Of a stretch of 64,000 bases of DNA, positions 49,401 through 62,217 are shown in pieces; the stretch's first letter is position 1; each line of letters begins with the position of its first letter. The stretch is from Cirrosporium novae-zelandiae (taxonomy: Eukaryota), in contig JAPETS010000003.1 in the NCBI GenBank assembly GCA_026023565.1, positions 124,001-188,000 of the forward strand. Reading direction: 5' to 3'. A model generated the notes under the pieces. The model did not search any database, was not told the DNA's origin, and saw only the letters and a program-made list of their open reading frames with translations. The position numbers were made by a program, and so were the translations under genes.

Positions 49401-50384
49401 TCGCCTTCGTCTGGACGTTCTTCCCGTATCCCATCACCGCGCGGTCGGCGCTGCGCCACGGCCTGGGATCGGCCCTGTACCTTCTCGCAAATTACTATTC
49501 CTGCCTGCACACCACGGTCAACATGCGGATCCAGGGCCGTGAAGGCGACATGGCGTTGAAGACGAGTCCGGGCCGCAAACTCGAGAAGACCCGCGAGACC
49601 ATCTTCGGCAAGGAAATCCAGCTCATCAATAATTTGCACCAGCATATTGCGTTCACGAAGTGGGAGCCGACCTTTGGGGGTAAATTTCCAAAGGATAGAT
49701 ATGAGGACATTGTTGATAACGTCCAATGGTACGTCCATACCCCCACACAACCACAAATAAAAAAAGAAAAAAAAAACAACCAACTAACCCCCCCCTCCCA
49801 GCATGATCCGCCACCTCGCACTAATATCCTACTCAACCCAATCCTTCCGCCCCCACACCTTCCACCCCACCCCCATCTCCCCAAACTCAAACTCAAATTC
49901 AAACTCTCCCCCAAACTCCGCCTGCTGGCTCCCCTCTCTCCTAACCCTCCTCTCCAACCTCTCCCACAACTCCCACCGCCTAACCTCAACCCTCTCCCTC
50001 CTCTCCTCAGCCGTAAGCTCCAGCAACCCCTTACCCCCTTACCTCGCTCTAACCCTCCCACGCTCCTTCTCCATGGTCGACGAGCTCGAGTCCCTGGACC
50101 GTGAGATCCTGGGTGCCAAACATGTTACTGAACCGGGGTATACGGCGTTTGCGGTTATGCAGCTTTCGCAGAAGATGGTTAGGGATGATTTGGAGAGGTT
50201 GGTGAGGGATGTGGGGGAGTTGGTGGGGGAGGTGGATTTTGAGTTTAGGGTTGAGCTTGTGGGGGGGAGTACGGAGGGGACGACACTTACGGAGAGTAGT
50301 TTTGATGGGGAAGACGGTGATGATGGTGATGATGTGGGGGTTAGCGAAACGAGGTTGGAGGGTGAGAAAAGTAAGCACGATTAA
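46403..50384 (+). CDS. FUSC/aromatic acid exporter (ArAE)-like integral membrane protein, multi-exon
   Basis: LGLDIPTLKSMLK..., KDPEHLPP, SAFGFRAACA, QRLFWSMIM, LIIGYELQV, LAPYRLAVV, EPTFGGKFP, final exon ELVGEVDF; several GT-AG introns (e.g. 46852-~47080, 48361-48598, ~49729-49801). Confidence 0.82.
46873..47036. mobile_element. MITE-like palindromic element, family A, intronic
   Basis: TIR ATGGGTAGAAATGAAA / TTTCATTTCTACCCAT, inner arms GCCTTCAGACAAA / TTTGTTTGAAGGC, flanked by TA at 46871-72 and 47037-38. Confidence 0.75.
48390..48557. mobile_element. MITE-like element, family B (Tc1/mariner-type ends), intronic
   Basis: CAGGTCATTAGTATTTAGCCC (48396-48416) versus GGGCTAAATACTAATGGCCTG (48531-48551), 20/21 inverted match; ends TA|CAG...CTG|TA. 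Confidence 0.72.
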
Positions 50385-51627
50385 CGGTTCTTTGTTATTA
50401 CATTTCCTTTCTTCTCTCTCTCTCTTTCTCCACTTTCCAAAAGTGCAGTTAACTTACTTTTATCAACAACAACGACAAATGAATTAAATAAAAAATATTT
50501 TGGAAACCAAGCTTGAATCGCATTAAAAAAGAAGATCAGCACGACTACTAACTAGACTATATAACCCGTTTTCTTGTTACTACTACTACTACTACTACTA
50601 CTACTACCATTCCCCTTTCCCCCCTTCTTCTTCTTTTCTTCTTTAAATGTTTTTGTTACTCGGTCCTCTACTTACTTACTACTACTAATAGTAGGGGGTG
50701 ATGTAACTAGTATGTGTGTATGTGATATTTTGTTTATATGTATGATTGATGCGTCTTAAAGTCTCAAGGTGTAAAGAGAGAGAAAGAGAGAGAGAAAGCT
50801 CAGCTTTAAGTTAGTAAAGAAGGGTGCCACTAGAAGGAGGAGGAGGGGCATTGCATATATATACCCTAACACACAAATTCCCAAAATAAAATAAAAAGAG
50901 GATTCATAAAATAAATTCCCTTTCCCCCGAGCACTGACTAGCAATAACAACCTACATGTCTAATTAATTAATTAATTACCCAACACTACTTACGCCCACA
51001 CCCCCCCAAAAAAAAACATCCTAGGAAGACCCCCCCCCTCCCTTTAAAAAAAAACTCAATTTTCAAATTTTCAAAAACAATTCCAATTTAAAAAACCCCT
51101 TAATAAAAAATATACATGTATAAAAAAAAATTTGATTTTTGGTTTTAAAGAGGGGGGGGGGGGGCCCTCCTTTTCCCTAGAGAAAAATGATAATTCAAAT
51201 CAAATCAATATTTTTTTTTTTTTTTCCCCTTTTTTTATTAGCTTAACTAACTATTACTATTACTACTACTATTACTACTACTATTACTAACAGCGTAGCC
51301 AAGTTATATATATATATATATATCTTAATACTAATACTAATACTAAGCTAAATAAAACATCCACTGCAAGTAGTAGCTTGATATAAATATCCCCTCGTCT
51401 TTTTTTTTAAAAAAATGTATGGAAGTGTTTCAGTGGGGGGGAGGGGAGGAATGGTGATGGTGATGGTGATGGTGATGGATGGATTAGATAGGGGGTATGA
51501 GGATGATAAATTGTTATTGTATGGTATGGTATGATATGGTATATGCAACCTATATCTACATCTACATCTATATCCTCTCTCTCCATCCACCCCCCACCTT
51601 CACAACCCACAACCCTGACCCCAACCC

Positions 51628-53396
51628 CTAAACCATCAGTTCCAAATGCCTCTTCCCCGCGACCCGATCCCCCCACTCCTCCATCCACGCCTTCACGAAC
51701 CTAACCTCCTCCCTCTGCGTATCCCTCACCGGCTTCGGCGGCAACACGTCCGTAGTCTCATTCGCAAACAACCCGTTTTCATCCCAATGGTGCACGGCGC
51801 CCTCAATAAGGATGAACGGCTCGCTGGTGGTGCTGGACCGGTTGCGCACGCCCGCGATGAAGGGGGATGCGTGTGGGGTGGCTGGGCGCCAGGGATCGGC
51901 TTCCCCGTCTATGAATGCGAGACGCGGGTACGAGATGTTGAAGCCGCCGTACCGGTTTATGCGGGAGAGGTCTGGGGGGGTGGAGATGTTGAAGGCGTCG
52001 TTGCAGATGAGGCTTAGGTATTCGAGATCGATGGTGCGGGATATGAGGGGGAGTTGGGAGGCGGGGACGCCGGAGCCTGTTTGGAGATAGCCCCATTCGG
52101 TGCAGTATTGGTAGGGCCAGCTGCGCCAGGTTTGGCTGATATCGTCCTGCGCGTAGAAGGTAGCGTTGTGGTTTGAGAAGCAGGAGTCTTGGGTTGCGCC
52201 GCTGGTGGTGCAGGGGGCGACGGAGGTGAGATTTAGCCAGTTGATGTAGTTTTGCATTTGCGTGGTGAGGGTGGAGGAGGCGTTGGGGTAGCCGCCGGCG
52301 GTGATTAGGGATTCGATTGTGCTGGTGCTGGCGTTGGTGTTGACGCTGGGGTATAGGATTGTGTGGGCTGTGATGTTGCCGCAGTAGTAGGAGAAGCTGA
52401 GATCTGTGACCTCTGGGTCCCAGTTCCGGCTTTGCCAGCCTTGGATCCCGCCGCTGAGGACGTTGGCGAAGTCGTTGTCATACGTGACATTCTCCAACCC
52501 GAAGGCGGCTTTCAACTCCTGGGTTTTCTGCGTGTCATTTAGGCCGATTAGGATGTTGTCCACGATGTGCGTGAGCGTTTGGGTTGTGGAGATGCATTCC
52601 GAGGGGCCATAGACCCGGATGGGTTCGTAGTACTGCCAGTAATCGTAGATGGCTTCGACGACCCCGGAGGAGGAGATGGTGCCCCAGAATATATCTGGAT
52701 ATTGGGTTCTCAGGAACGCGTTGAACGCGCCGGCATATGAGCCTCCGTATCCGATATACGCAGTGTTCGGCGCCGTGAGGTTGTAGGTCTCGAACCCCGC
52801 AAACACCACGTTCTGGGCGAAATACGCCTCGTCTGCTAATGCCTGCTCCGTGGTCAGGAACCGGAGGTTCTTGGTAGATAGGTCGGATGTCGGCCAGCTT
52901 TCACCATAATAGCGGTGTTCGAGCACGACGCCGATTCCATTTGTCGCTTGTGCCAGCTGGGCGAGGAGGCCCTTTTGCAAGTAGACCAATCTTTCCGTCG
53001 CATCGGTTTCGCCGCTTTGCAGCACAATCACGGGGCCACCAGGTTGGTAGTTACTGGCATCGAACCAGTAACGGAGGCTAAACGTGTCGTTGGTGTGGGG
53101 TTCGTACTGTGATTCGGTTTGGAAGTGGTCGATGGGGACTGAAATGTTGTAGGTGGGATAGAGCGTGCTTGGGTCTACATCGCGTTTGAGAAGATTGGAT
53201 TTAGCCTGGAGGTGAATTGGTCAGTATGGAAGAGCTGGATAGATACAAAGTATAGAATCGGAATTGAAGTTTTGTATGTAAGGTGCTGACTTACGGCCTC
53301 GCTCTTCTTTCGAAGTTCGCTAATTGACTGTGAACGTAACGTTGCTGTTGCAAAGGTCACGAGCGACAGGTAGAGGACGATGAGCTTGACAAACAT
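51628..53396 (-). CDS. secreted serine peptidase, family S28, 2 exons
   Basis: signal peptide MFVKLIVLYLSLVTFATA, intron 53206-53294, PIDHF, LEHRYYGES, GGSYAG, WPYQYCTEWG, DGEADPW, AVHHWDE. Confidence 0.93.
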
Positions 53397-53822
53397 GGTT
53401 TTGTTTTGTTGGCGAGGGCCAAAAGACTGTGGATTGGTCTTGGGGATGCCATTGTGGACGTGTAGATAGTATAGATTGATAGGGAACACCCATGTCAAAG
53501 CGATGAAATAGGAAGCTGTGATATCATCATCACCACCATAAGATAAGCTAAAGCTACACACCCATCACAAAAATTATATTTAAAAAATCTCATATATAAG
53601 AAAATATTTATCTCTACTTTATTTATTTCTAAAAAAAATTCTAACTCGATTGATTATTATTAAATTTTTGAGTTATATAATGTAAAGAAGTTCTATAATT
53701 AGTTAAACAAACGAGTAGTTTGTCTAATATAGGATGCGGCCTTTTTTTTTTCTATTCGTGTAGATGGTAAGATATTAATTGTAGTAATTAGTACTGATTA
53801 TAAGTCCAAAATGTCAAGATTC

Positions 53823-54428
53823 TCACTCCTCCTGAACATCCCCGTAATAAATCTCCGATCCCTCCGGACTCACACCCGCGCTTCTAAAATCCCAGCCCCT
53901 AGCCTCCAATTCCTCCGCCTCCTCATCCTCCAACGTCTCTTCTTCATCCACAAACCTCGTCCGGTGGTCTAAGAACAGACCCCTATACAAAGCAATCTCA
54001 AACGCCAGAATCTGGACCTTCAAAACCAGGATCTGGCGCTTATAGTACTGTTCTTGAATAGGGAGATCGACGTTCCCCAACATCTCAATATCATATCTGC
54101 ATCCCTGGATTCGGTGGCACATTTCAAAGAGGTCTTGAGCCCAACTGCCCCAGTGAGGGTTGTTGTTGTTGCTGTTATTGTCGTTGCTTTGTGCAAAGGT
54201 GGCTATGTTGTCCATTTCTGCTAGGAGCTCGGTTCGTTCGTTGCGGAAGAAGTCGCTTGAGCGGTCTGGGATGCATGTTCGGTCCATGAGATGTGCAATG
54301 TGATGAATACAGAAGGATTGACATTTCATGCGGAGGTTTTCGGCCATGGTGAGGAAGAGGGATATGGTGTTCCCGTCTCCGTTGAGGTAGTTAGGGGGGT
54401 GTTGGGAAGCATGGGGAGGGAAAGCCAT
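53823..54428 (-). CDS. hypothetical protein (201 aa)
   Basis: single ORF with ATG, helical and acidic C-terminus; no family recognised. Confidence 0.5.
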   Translation of the reverse strand: MAFPPHASQHPPNYLNGDGNTISLFLTMAENLRMKCQSFCIHHIAHLMDRTCIPDRSSDFFRNERTELLAEMDNIATFAQSNDNNSNNNNPHWGSWAQDLFEMCHRIQGCRYDIEMLGNVDLPIQEQYYKRQILVLKVQILAFEIALYRGLFLDHRTRFVDEEETLEDEEAEELEARGWDFRSAGVSPEGSEIYYGDVQEE

Positions 54429-55568
54429 GATAAGGTATGAGGAGAGGGGGGTTGGGGGGTTTGATTAGAGAAATAAAGTACAGGTAGGTTTGGGAAATAT
54501 GAGAAGGAATTTATATCGCCAGAAGCTGAGCAATCTGGAGGTTCTGGAAACAAGAAAATGTACATGGAGCCATTGGATCATTGAACAAGCGTCAAACGGC
54601 CACATATCGAAATAGCGACAGAGTAGTTGAAAACAGGGTTTGAAATAAGGGTTGTCTTCATTGGTGCTCTGTCAGGTTTCATTATTTGAAGTCTTGAGGC
54701 TTGAGCTTCGAGCATATCCAAAGCTATGATCCACAAACAATATTTTTTCTGTTTATATCATTTCAAACGAACCAAACCAGATTCTGCAGTCTAGCAGATA
54801 GGCCCATATTTTGCCTCAGGCTTGTTGTTCGTTCTGCGTTTGTCATAGCCATGCTAACATGTGAGTCTCTGGGGGTAATTATAGCTGCAGTTCCAGTACA
54901 TTCACATCTAGACGATATTGTCATGTCCGTGGATAGTCCTCTCTAATTGGGGAGGCAATAAACGAATCGGTAGTCAACGATTCGAAGATATTCCAATATC
55001 CATCTAGTTGCAGCTCGGATTTTTACAATGAAATATCACTCATAGACCTGGCATGGTTAAGAGAAGATGTGGACGATTAAATGTTCCATAGGTAACAGAT
55101 AAAGAGTCGATGATTATGCCAAACTTGGGAGATAAAATAATCAACTTCCCCAACGATATTCATCGTTCATAAAGGTCTCTTTAACATCTTATAGACAAGA
55201 GCTAGTGTTACTCAAAGCCTTATACTGCTGGGAGGTCTCTTGAACACATGTTGTGCATTAACATGAAAGAGCAGTAACATTGTTACGATCAGAACCGAGC
55301 ATGAATCTATTGGTATTAGGAACCAGACTATTTAAACGTAATGTCGTTACAGATCTAACAAGGCTATTAGTACGTATAATGACTGTAATGTTGACAGGAT
55401 GGATAAAATATCAAAACGGAAGTCTTACATGCTAATGAGCATCAGAACCATAGTGACAGAATAAATGGTTGTAGTTGGTTGAAAATTGAAAATAACTTTT
55501 GCCTCGGGCATCAAAATACAAGTACTAGGCTACTAATTAGCATTGGCCTTCCCGCATACGTTCAGTAC

Positions 55569-56555
55569 TCATGTCACCCAATGCTTCTTCTTATTCTTAT
55601 TAAGCTTAAGCACTCTCTCCGCATTCCTATGCGCTATCATATCAAACTCTTCTTCCGTAACCAATCCGCTCTTTCTCAATTCCTCCATAAATTTCAACCC
55701 CGTCTCGTTACTTGAGAACGGGTAATCCACGCTATACATGATCCGGTCAATCCTCGTAGATCTTAGCAAGCAAGTCATTGGAGTCATTGAAAACATGCCA
55801 GACGTGGTAACCAGTATATTCTCATTCCAAACCTGACGAAGCCCACGCGTTAGGTTGAGGCCCCATGTCGAGGTCATGCCGACGATATGATCCAATTGGC
55901 AGGGTAGCATTTCACCCATGTGGCCAATGATGATTTGAAGGCGGGGATAAGCGTCGAAGAGACCGGAAGCAAATAATCGAAGCACATGTAACCCAACTTC
56001 TTGGTGCCAGCCGATACCAGCCGTGCTCATGCTATAGGCAGCCGAGTTGGGGAAATTACCTTTGTAGTGTTCTGCCATGTCCTCACCGGAAAGGGAGGGA
56101 TGCAGATATATTGGAACTTTGAGTTCTACAGCACGCTCAAAAATAGGCCAGAAGGAGATGTCATCATAGAAGCTCCCTCGGCATTTGTTGTCTATCATAG
56201 CTCCAACAAATCCGAGATTTTTCACACAGCGGACCAGCTCGTCCGTGGCGTAGGGAGGATCATGCATCGGAAGCATGGCCCAGCCAACTAGACGGCCGTT
56301 TGAGTCTTTACAAGCTTGATAGAGCTCATCATTGGCTTTGCGGCATAGGTCGACGGGGATGTCGCCGCGGCTAGCCGAGTGTGACACCACTTGAATCAGT
56401 ATATTGCCGTTGTCCATATCCTGAACACGCTCGGAGCTTAGGCATTCGAGCTGTTTGGATACTTTAGAGATTTTCCGGGTGAAATCTTGATCTTTGACAG
56501 CATCACGAACGGTTGGGGACACAAAGTGCTCCTCGAGAGTGATCAGGGGTGGCAT
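55569..56555 (-). CDS. amidohydrolase-2 family aromatic acid decarboxylase (2,3-DHB / orsellinate decarboxylase-like)
   Basis: MPPLITLEEHF metal motif, PIYLHP, IIIGHMGE, TTSG, YSVDYPF. Confidence 0.88.
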   Translation of the reverse strand: MPPLITLEEHFVSPTVRDAVKDQDFTRKISKVSKQLECLSSERVQDMDNGNILIQVVSHSASRGDIPVDLCRKANDELYQACKDSNGRLVGWAMLPMHDPPYATDELVRCVKNLGFVGAMIDNKCRGSFYDDISFWPIFERAVELKVPIYLHPSLSGEDMAEHYKGNFPNSAAYSMSTAGIGWHQEVGLHVLRLFASGLFDAYPRLQIIIGHMGEMLPCQLDHIVGMTSTWGLNLTRGLRQVWNENILVTTSGMFSMTPMTCLLRSTRIDRIMYSVDYPFSSNETGLKFMEELRKSGLVTEEEFDMIAHRNAERVLKLNKNKKKHWVT

Positions 56556-57757
56556 GATTGGTAGGGGATAATGGACAGACACTGGAATTGTCCGTCTTAT
56601 ATAGAGATTAGCAGATGGGTAAGTAACCATAAACTGAAGTTCATTTAATGCTAGCATCAAGTGGGTTGGAGAGAACAACAATTGTTCTTTTTAATGTCCG
56701 AAATGTTTGAGATGTGCAAGGTACAAGAGCTCGGATTGCGTCGGTGCGAACCCCTCCCGGGTCCAATATTGACATCACACTCTGCGCAATGGTATCATCC
56801 AGTACCTGAGTATAATGGTCTGATGACCAAAGTATCATAATCCAAACCATAATAAGCTCCAATGAACATGAAGATTTGGGTTTGACAAGCCAATTGATCG
56901 TTGGATTTGGCTAAGACCTTGAATGGAGGAAGATATATAACTTGGATGCAGTACCGTGACTGGGCGGGGCTCAAAGTGTCTTGAAGTTCAGCTGTAGATA
57001 GATGACCGTTTTAAAAGTTGGCTTAAGACAGGATGAAGGAATCAAACCAGCCTGCTCACTGTCACGAGGTGTGTATTGGTGGTTAGTTGTACGTGTAGTA
57101 TTCCTTGATCGACTAGGGAAAGCGGAGGTTTACCTTGACTTGACATATCTATTGTTGCCGCAATCCTTGAAACCCTCTTTGAGGAGACAAGACAGGGTGG
57201 AGTCACGACCAGGAATGATTGAATATGTACAGTATTATTATTTCTCAGCAAGCAAAAGATTTGTGACAAATCCTCGGCACAGAAAACACCACTGTCTGTC
57301 GGCCCTAACAATTTCCTCAATATTCTCCTCGTCTGGTTGTGCCGTGCCGTATCTCTCTACTCGAGTAACACGCCCCCGGGTAGATCTCCCAAAATGGAAA
57401 TCTTCCCCCCCCCCCCCCCCCAGGTCTACACAGGATACCGACTCTTTAAATCTTGAAGGGTCCTAGGATTTGTGGGTGTATCTAGTGGAAATTCGGGGTA
57501 ATTATCACCTGGCGATGGGGGGGGGATTGTGGGGAGTATTTAAGACATGGTATAGGACTCAACTCCATCGGCTTTGGGTTGCATTTAAGAAATCGAATGC
57601 GATACCCTTCGTCCGCAAGAACCAAGATCCCTTTTTTCTTTCTAGTTTCTGTCTCAAGATTTTTTACGAACCTATACTTTCTAAAAGGCGTGTTTGAACA
57701 TCCGTCATCTCCACTCAAATCATTTTTATTAGGCTTTATTTGCAATACTGTATCAAC

Positions 57758-59360
57758 ATGCTTTCGATACTTCGTCGTTCCATTCGCCCAGCCATTCTAA
57801 CTACAAGAGCCATAGTCACAGGTAGTCGATATGTTTCAACCGCCCAGACAAAGAAGGAAGGAGACATTTCTTCCGTCTTTGTATCTCTAAGCGGCGGAGA
57901 AGCTGAGCCATTACCACGGCGTTTCGCAAATATTAAACGTCACCTAATTGAGGGCCACGAGGATGCCGTTCAAGAGAGTTGGCAGAGATTGCTGGCCTCT
58001 CTGCGAGAAGAGATCCCTATTATCGAGGAGATGGGCCCTGGCATTGTCCCAGAGATCGACTTCAAGGATATCGATAACCCTCCTGAAGACTTTGTCAGGG
58101 ACCATAAGAAACGAGGTGTTGCTGTTATTAGAAATGTAGTTCCTGAAGCTGAGGCATTGCAATATAAGACAGATCTTAGGGAATATATTAGGCAAAATCC
58201 TCAAACTAAAGGTAAGAGGACACAGTTGTTATTTTATGAGAGGATGCTAAACCACCTTGCAGCATTTCCTCCGGATAACCCTCAGGTCTTCGAGCTATAT
58301 TGGTCTCCTTCACAAATTCGTGCCCGAGCGCATCCAAACCTAATCAAGACGCAGCAATTTCTCATGTCATTTTGGCACTCCAAAGACCCAAATGCTCTGA
58401 TATCAACCTCCCATCCCACAGTATACGCAGATCGAGTTCGAATCAGACAACCTGGTGACGCTAAATTCGCTCTTGGGCCCCATGTCGACGGAGGAAGCGT
58501 TGAACGCTGGGAGCCAAATGGGTATGGCCTAGGCGGCGTGTATAATAAGATTTTTGAAGGAAATTGGGAGGAATACGATCCCTGGGAATCGAGCTGCCGG
58601 CTCCCCGTCCAGTCGGATCTGTATAACGGTGCTGGCGCTTGCTCAATGTTCCGGATGTATCAAGGATGGTTGAGTATGAGCACAACAAGCCCCAAAGAAG
58701 GAACGCTCCTTGTGAACCCTCTCTTATCGAGAGCCACCGCCTATTTTCTTTTGAGACCGTTCTTTTCCCCTAGAAAAAGGCCCGATGCACTTTCTAGATC
58801 CAGCTTCCTAGAATCAAATAACTGGATATTCGATGCCGAGCCCACTCCAACGATCCAGGGATGTGCATTAGGACACTGCCAAGAGCTAAATTCGACCTTA
58901 CACCCCCATCTCAATCTTAATAAGTCCATGGTAGATGTGCCGAAAGTGAACCCAGGAGATTACGTGGCGTGGCAATGCGATGGAATTCATGCCGTCGATA
59001 AGGTTCATGTCGGCAAATCCGACTCCAGTGTTCTTTATATCCCATGTTGTCCGCTCACAGAGCTTAACGCTGAATATCTAGTTCGTCAACGAGAGGCGTT
59101 TATCAATGGTGAAACCCCTGTAGTAGTCAGATGTATGATCAGATGCTAATCGGGTTATAGGCACTCCAGGACCCGACTTCCCAGGAGGAAAGGGTGAATC
59201 CGAACATATTGGAAAGAAGACGGCAGGTGATATTCCCGAGCTCGCAGGCGAGAAAGGGATGCGGGCATTTGGATTGTTGAAGTGGGATTCCAGAGACGAG
59301 GGGCTCACCAATGGGCAAAAACAGATGCTTGAAAGAGCAAACGAGATTTTGGGATTTTAA
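57758..59360 (+). CDS. DUF1479 (YbiU/Gig2-like) putative Fe-dependent oxygenase with mitochondrial presequence, 3 exons
   Basis: MLSILRRSIRP presequence, YADRVRIRQPGD, GPHVDGGSVERWE, CSMFRMYQGW, WQCDGIHAVD; introns ~58212-58262 and ~59109-59160; stop TAA ends at 59360. Confidence 0.9.
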
Positions 59361-59696
59361 GGTCCCAATAGAAAGTAGGTGCATGATATAACATTCACCA
59401 TCGGGATTATGGGGCCTGGAAATGCAAAGCAGTGTTTATCCCGGCTTCGGCTATAACTAAAAGTCTGACGAGTATTCCTTTTTGCATGTTGGAATTGACA
59501 ACATGGCCAAATTTCATGTTGATGATAATTTATTTTATTGTCCGCATGTCGCCTTCAGGTTATGGCGGACATTAAATTTCATGTTAGATTCATATTTCAA
59601 TGGTGAATATTCGTAACATGAAGGACTTGCCAAATTAGTTTTTGCAGCTTTGAAGGTATTCGATATCACGTACCTTAGGATATCAATATGGTTTTA

Positions 59697-61962
59697 TTAT
59701 TTCCAAGAACCTTCGGGGCTCATGCCATTCATGAAAAATGGATCTGCGAAATTCATTGGAAAAGTCAGGTCTGGATATTCTCCCAGTAGGTGATCGATAT
59801 CTTCAAATGCACTGTTATACTGCGACCACTGAAGCGGGTTCCCGCCAAGGCTGCCTTGAGGGAGAACGAACCCCGAGGTATCTGATAGATGGCTAGAATT
59901 GACTTGATTAGGGACTGTTACTCCCCAAGAATTCGGCGGTGAAATATTATTGTTCTGAATGGGCTCTCTTTGATCAGTCGGTTGTGTATTGCTGGTAACC
60001 TGTTTTGGGGGGGAATATACTGTCGGCCCCGAGGGTTGAGGGTAGACCGCAGCAGCAGTTTCTTTTGGTATAGAATCAAATTTAGATAGTGCTTTATGGC
60101 CTAGCCCAGCCATAGCATTTCCTGCCCACCACTTCTTACCAAGATTAGCCAACAATTGACAGCACTCTTCAATCTCGGTACGAGCTCTATCTTTATGAAC
60201 TTTCAACCTATTTTGCCGAAGATGCCTATATGCTACACTCAGTGATAGTGATAATACATAAGGTATAAGGTGTAGTGGCGGTAAATTTTTGGGGCATTCT
60301 GATTTCAAGATAGACACCACTCTGAGAGCAGAGAGACTTTGGCGGACATAAGACTCCGATGTATGAACTGATTCTTTCAATGGTCTGGAACGGTAAGACA
60401 GAATTGCTACAGCATGATAGAACAACTCAAGCAAGGCTTCAAATAGTCAGTGAATATGAAACAAAAAACCAACTTATTGAGATGGGGAATGCCGAAGTGC
60501 GATACATTCAAAGAACATAATCAGGAAATTGGAAATTTCAGAAGACTGCATAAGTCCAAGGTGGCATAGCCAGCATGCTTCAAAGTAGAGATTCAAGCTC
60601 ACCAATAGTTGGATGGTCCAACAAGCCATCGACGGTAGTTACCTCGGAGCCAGCACCCATCCCAACAATTTCATCGAAACTGGGAAAGTCACTTTCCCAT
60701 CCAGTTGAATTAGGCAGAACACCCGGCCTATAGTAATTAATTACTTTGTCTAGGACTTCGGCTATCCGGAGCCATATACCAAAGGCATGATCTTTTTGAC
60801 TCAACACAGAGGAGAATTCCCGTGGTCTAATATCACGGTCGTTTAACAGAACGGGTCTACTGTTGGTAGCGGTATGGAGTTTATCGAGGCTCCATAGACA
60901 CCAAAAAAGCTTTTGGTGGCTTTGCGGCTCAGCCTCTTTTCGAGCGCGACCGAGATGGAGACCTAATGAACATGCATGATGGATGGCCTGTGTTAGGTGC
61001 ATGGAAGCATCCTCTGCTCCATTGTGCCCTTCCAGGTGCAGCGAGAGTAGGCACAGAATTCGAATCAAAGTGAGCTTGTCTGATACGACCTTGTTGTTTA
61101 TTGAAGCAGAAACGACACTATACAACCGCTCAGAAAATTCTCGAGGGCCGCGAGGTGTCGTATCTCCAGGAAATTTGAGATATGGGGCTGCCCGATCATG
61201 TTTTGCAGCTAGCAGACAAATAGTCTGGACAAGGAGTGTTGGGACGGTATTATTGGCATAAGCCGCTCTGAATTCGCTTTCGTCCACTATTGGCAAAATT
61301 ATATGTATTGAAGAGAAGTACAGATCGACCAATGCAAGTAAATCCGAGGTTTCTGGCAGAACAGTGGCACCGATAGCATCCAGGTATGTGTTCATCGACC
61401 ATTGAACTGTTGGATCTAGCCGCATCCTACCATACCGAGGTGCCCATCGGCATCTTTCAACCTGAGATTTTATTGATTTGCCAGCCTTGTCCTTTTTTGT
61501 TCCGCTCTCTTGTTCATCAGGTTGCACCCAAAGGCCAATCTTATCCTGGCCACGATCTTCATCATGCCCCTGAGAGTGCGGTCGTTCCAACAGAACAGAT
61601 TCTGGATTCAAATCGCCAATAAAGCGCGATGCCTCTGGAGATGATGGAGGGCTCGTACTCGGAGATGATCGGTCGGTAGTGTTGTCCCGAGAGGTACTTA
61701 ATCCGGGATCGAATTCAGGCGAGATCGGAGGGGCATTATGGGATGGAGTAGGTGGGCCGTGAAGTTCTAACAATGTAGTAAATTGAGGATGAGATTCTCC
61801 AGTATCTTTTGTGACAGAAGCTCTTATTGATTCTCCGGGTTCATTTTCTTGTTCAGGGAATATATGCTTGCAGCGCTTTCTACGCTTCTTGCAAATATCG
61901 CATGCTTTATGCACTCGTTTTCTATTCCGATAAAGCTCGCTATTCGCGGCGAAGGTAATCAT
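59697..61962 (-). CDS. fungal-specific transcription factor (Fungal_trans domain) with an atypical half Zn-cluster, 2 exons
   Basis: RKRVHKACDICKKRRKRCKH, LYFSSIHIILPIVD, AIHHACSLGLH, LFWCLWSLDK; intron 60437-60602 in phase with ORF 59697-60434. Confidence 0.85.
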
Positions 61963-62193
61963 GGTTAGCTGGAGTGTAACCTGATTACATGACAGGTATC
62001 TGGAACTTATAGTATGGTGAAAAGAAGATGTTAAATATAACAAGAACAATGAAAAGACAGCGATTGTTCTAGTTTAAGTGGAGTGGAGTTCAAGTCCCCA
62101 AGTTCTCATCTTTATAATTCCGGGGAAGGATTTTAGGCTGTCCGAAAATTCCCATGTTACCGGCAACCCTGGCAGTGGAGAAACCCCCGTACT

Positions 62194-62217
62194 CCCCGAA
62201 CATGACCCCGAACATGA
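62194..62217. repeat. 12-bp direct repeat CCCCGAACATGA x2 in the transcription factor promoter
   Basis: directly visible; flanked by further CCCCG motifs. Confidence 0.8.

Noticed and set aside
51020..51180. Inverted repeat (C-run/TTTAAAA ... TTTTAAAG/G-run)
   Set aside because: Built from homopolymers inside a low-complexity block; no specific TIR or TSD
56556..56681. N-terminal extension of the decarboxylase in the ORF track
   Set aside because: It starts at TTG; family members begin just before the ExH motif, which matches the ATG at 56555
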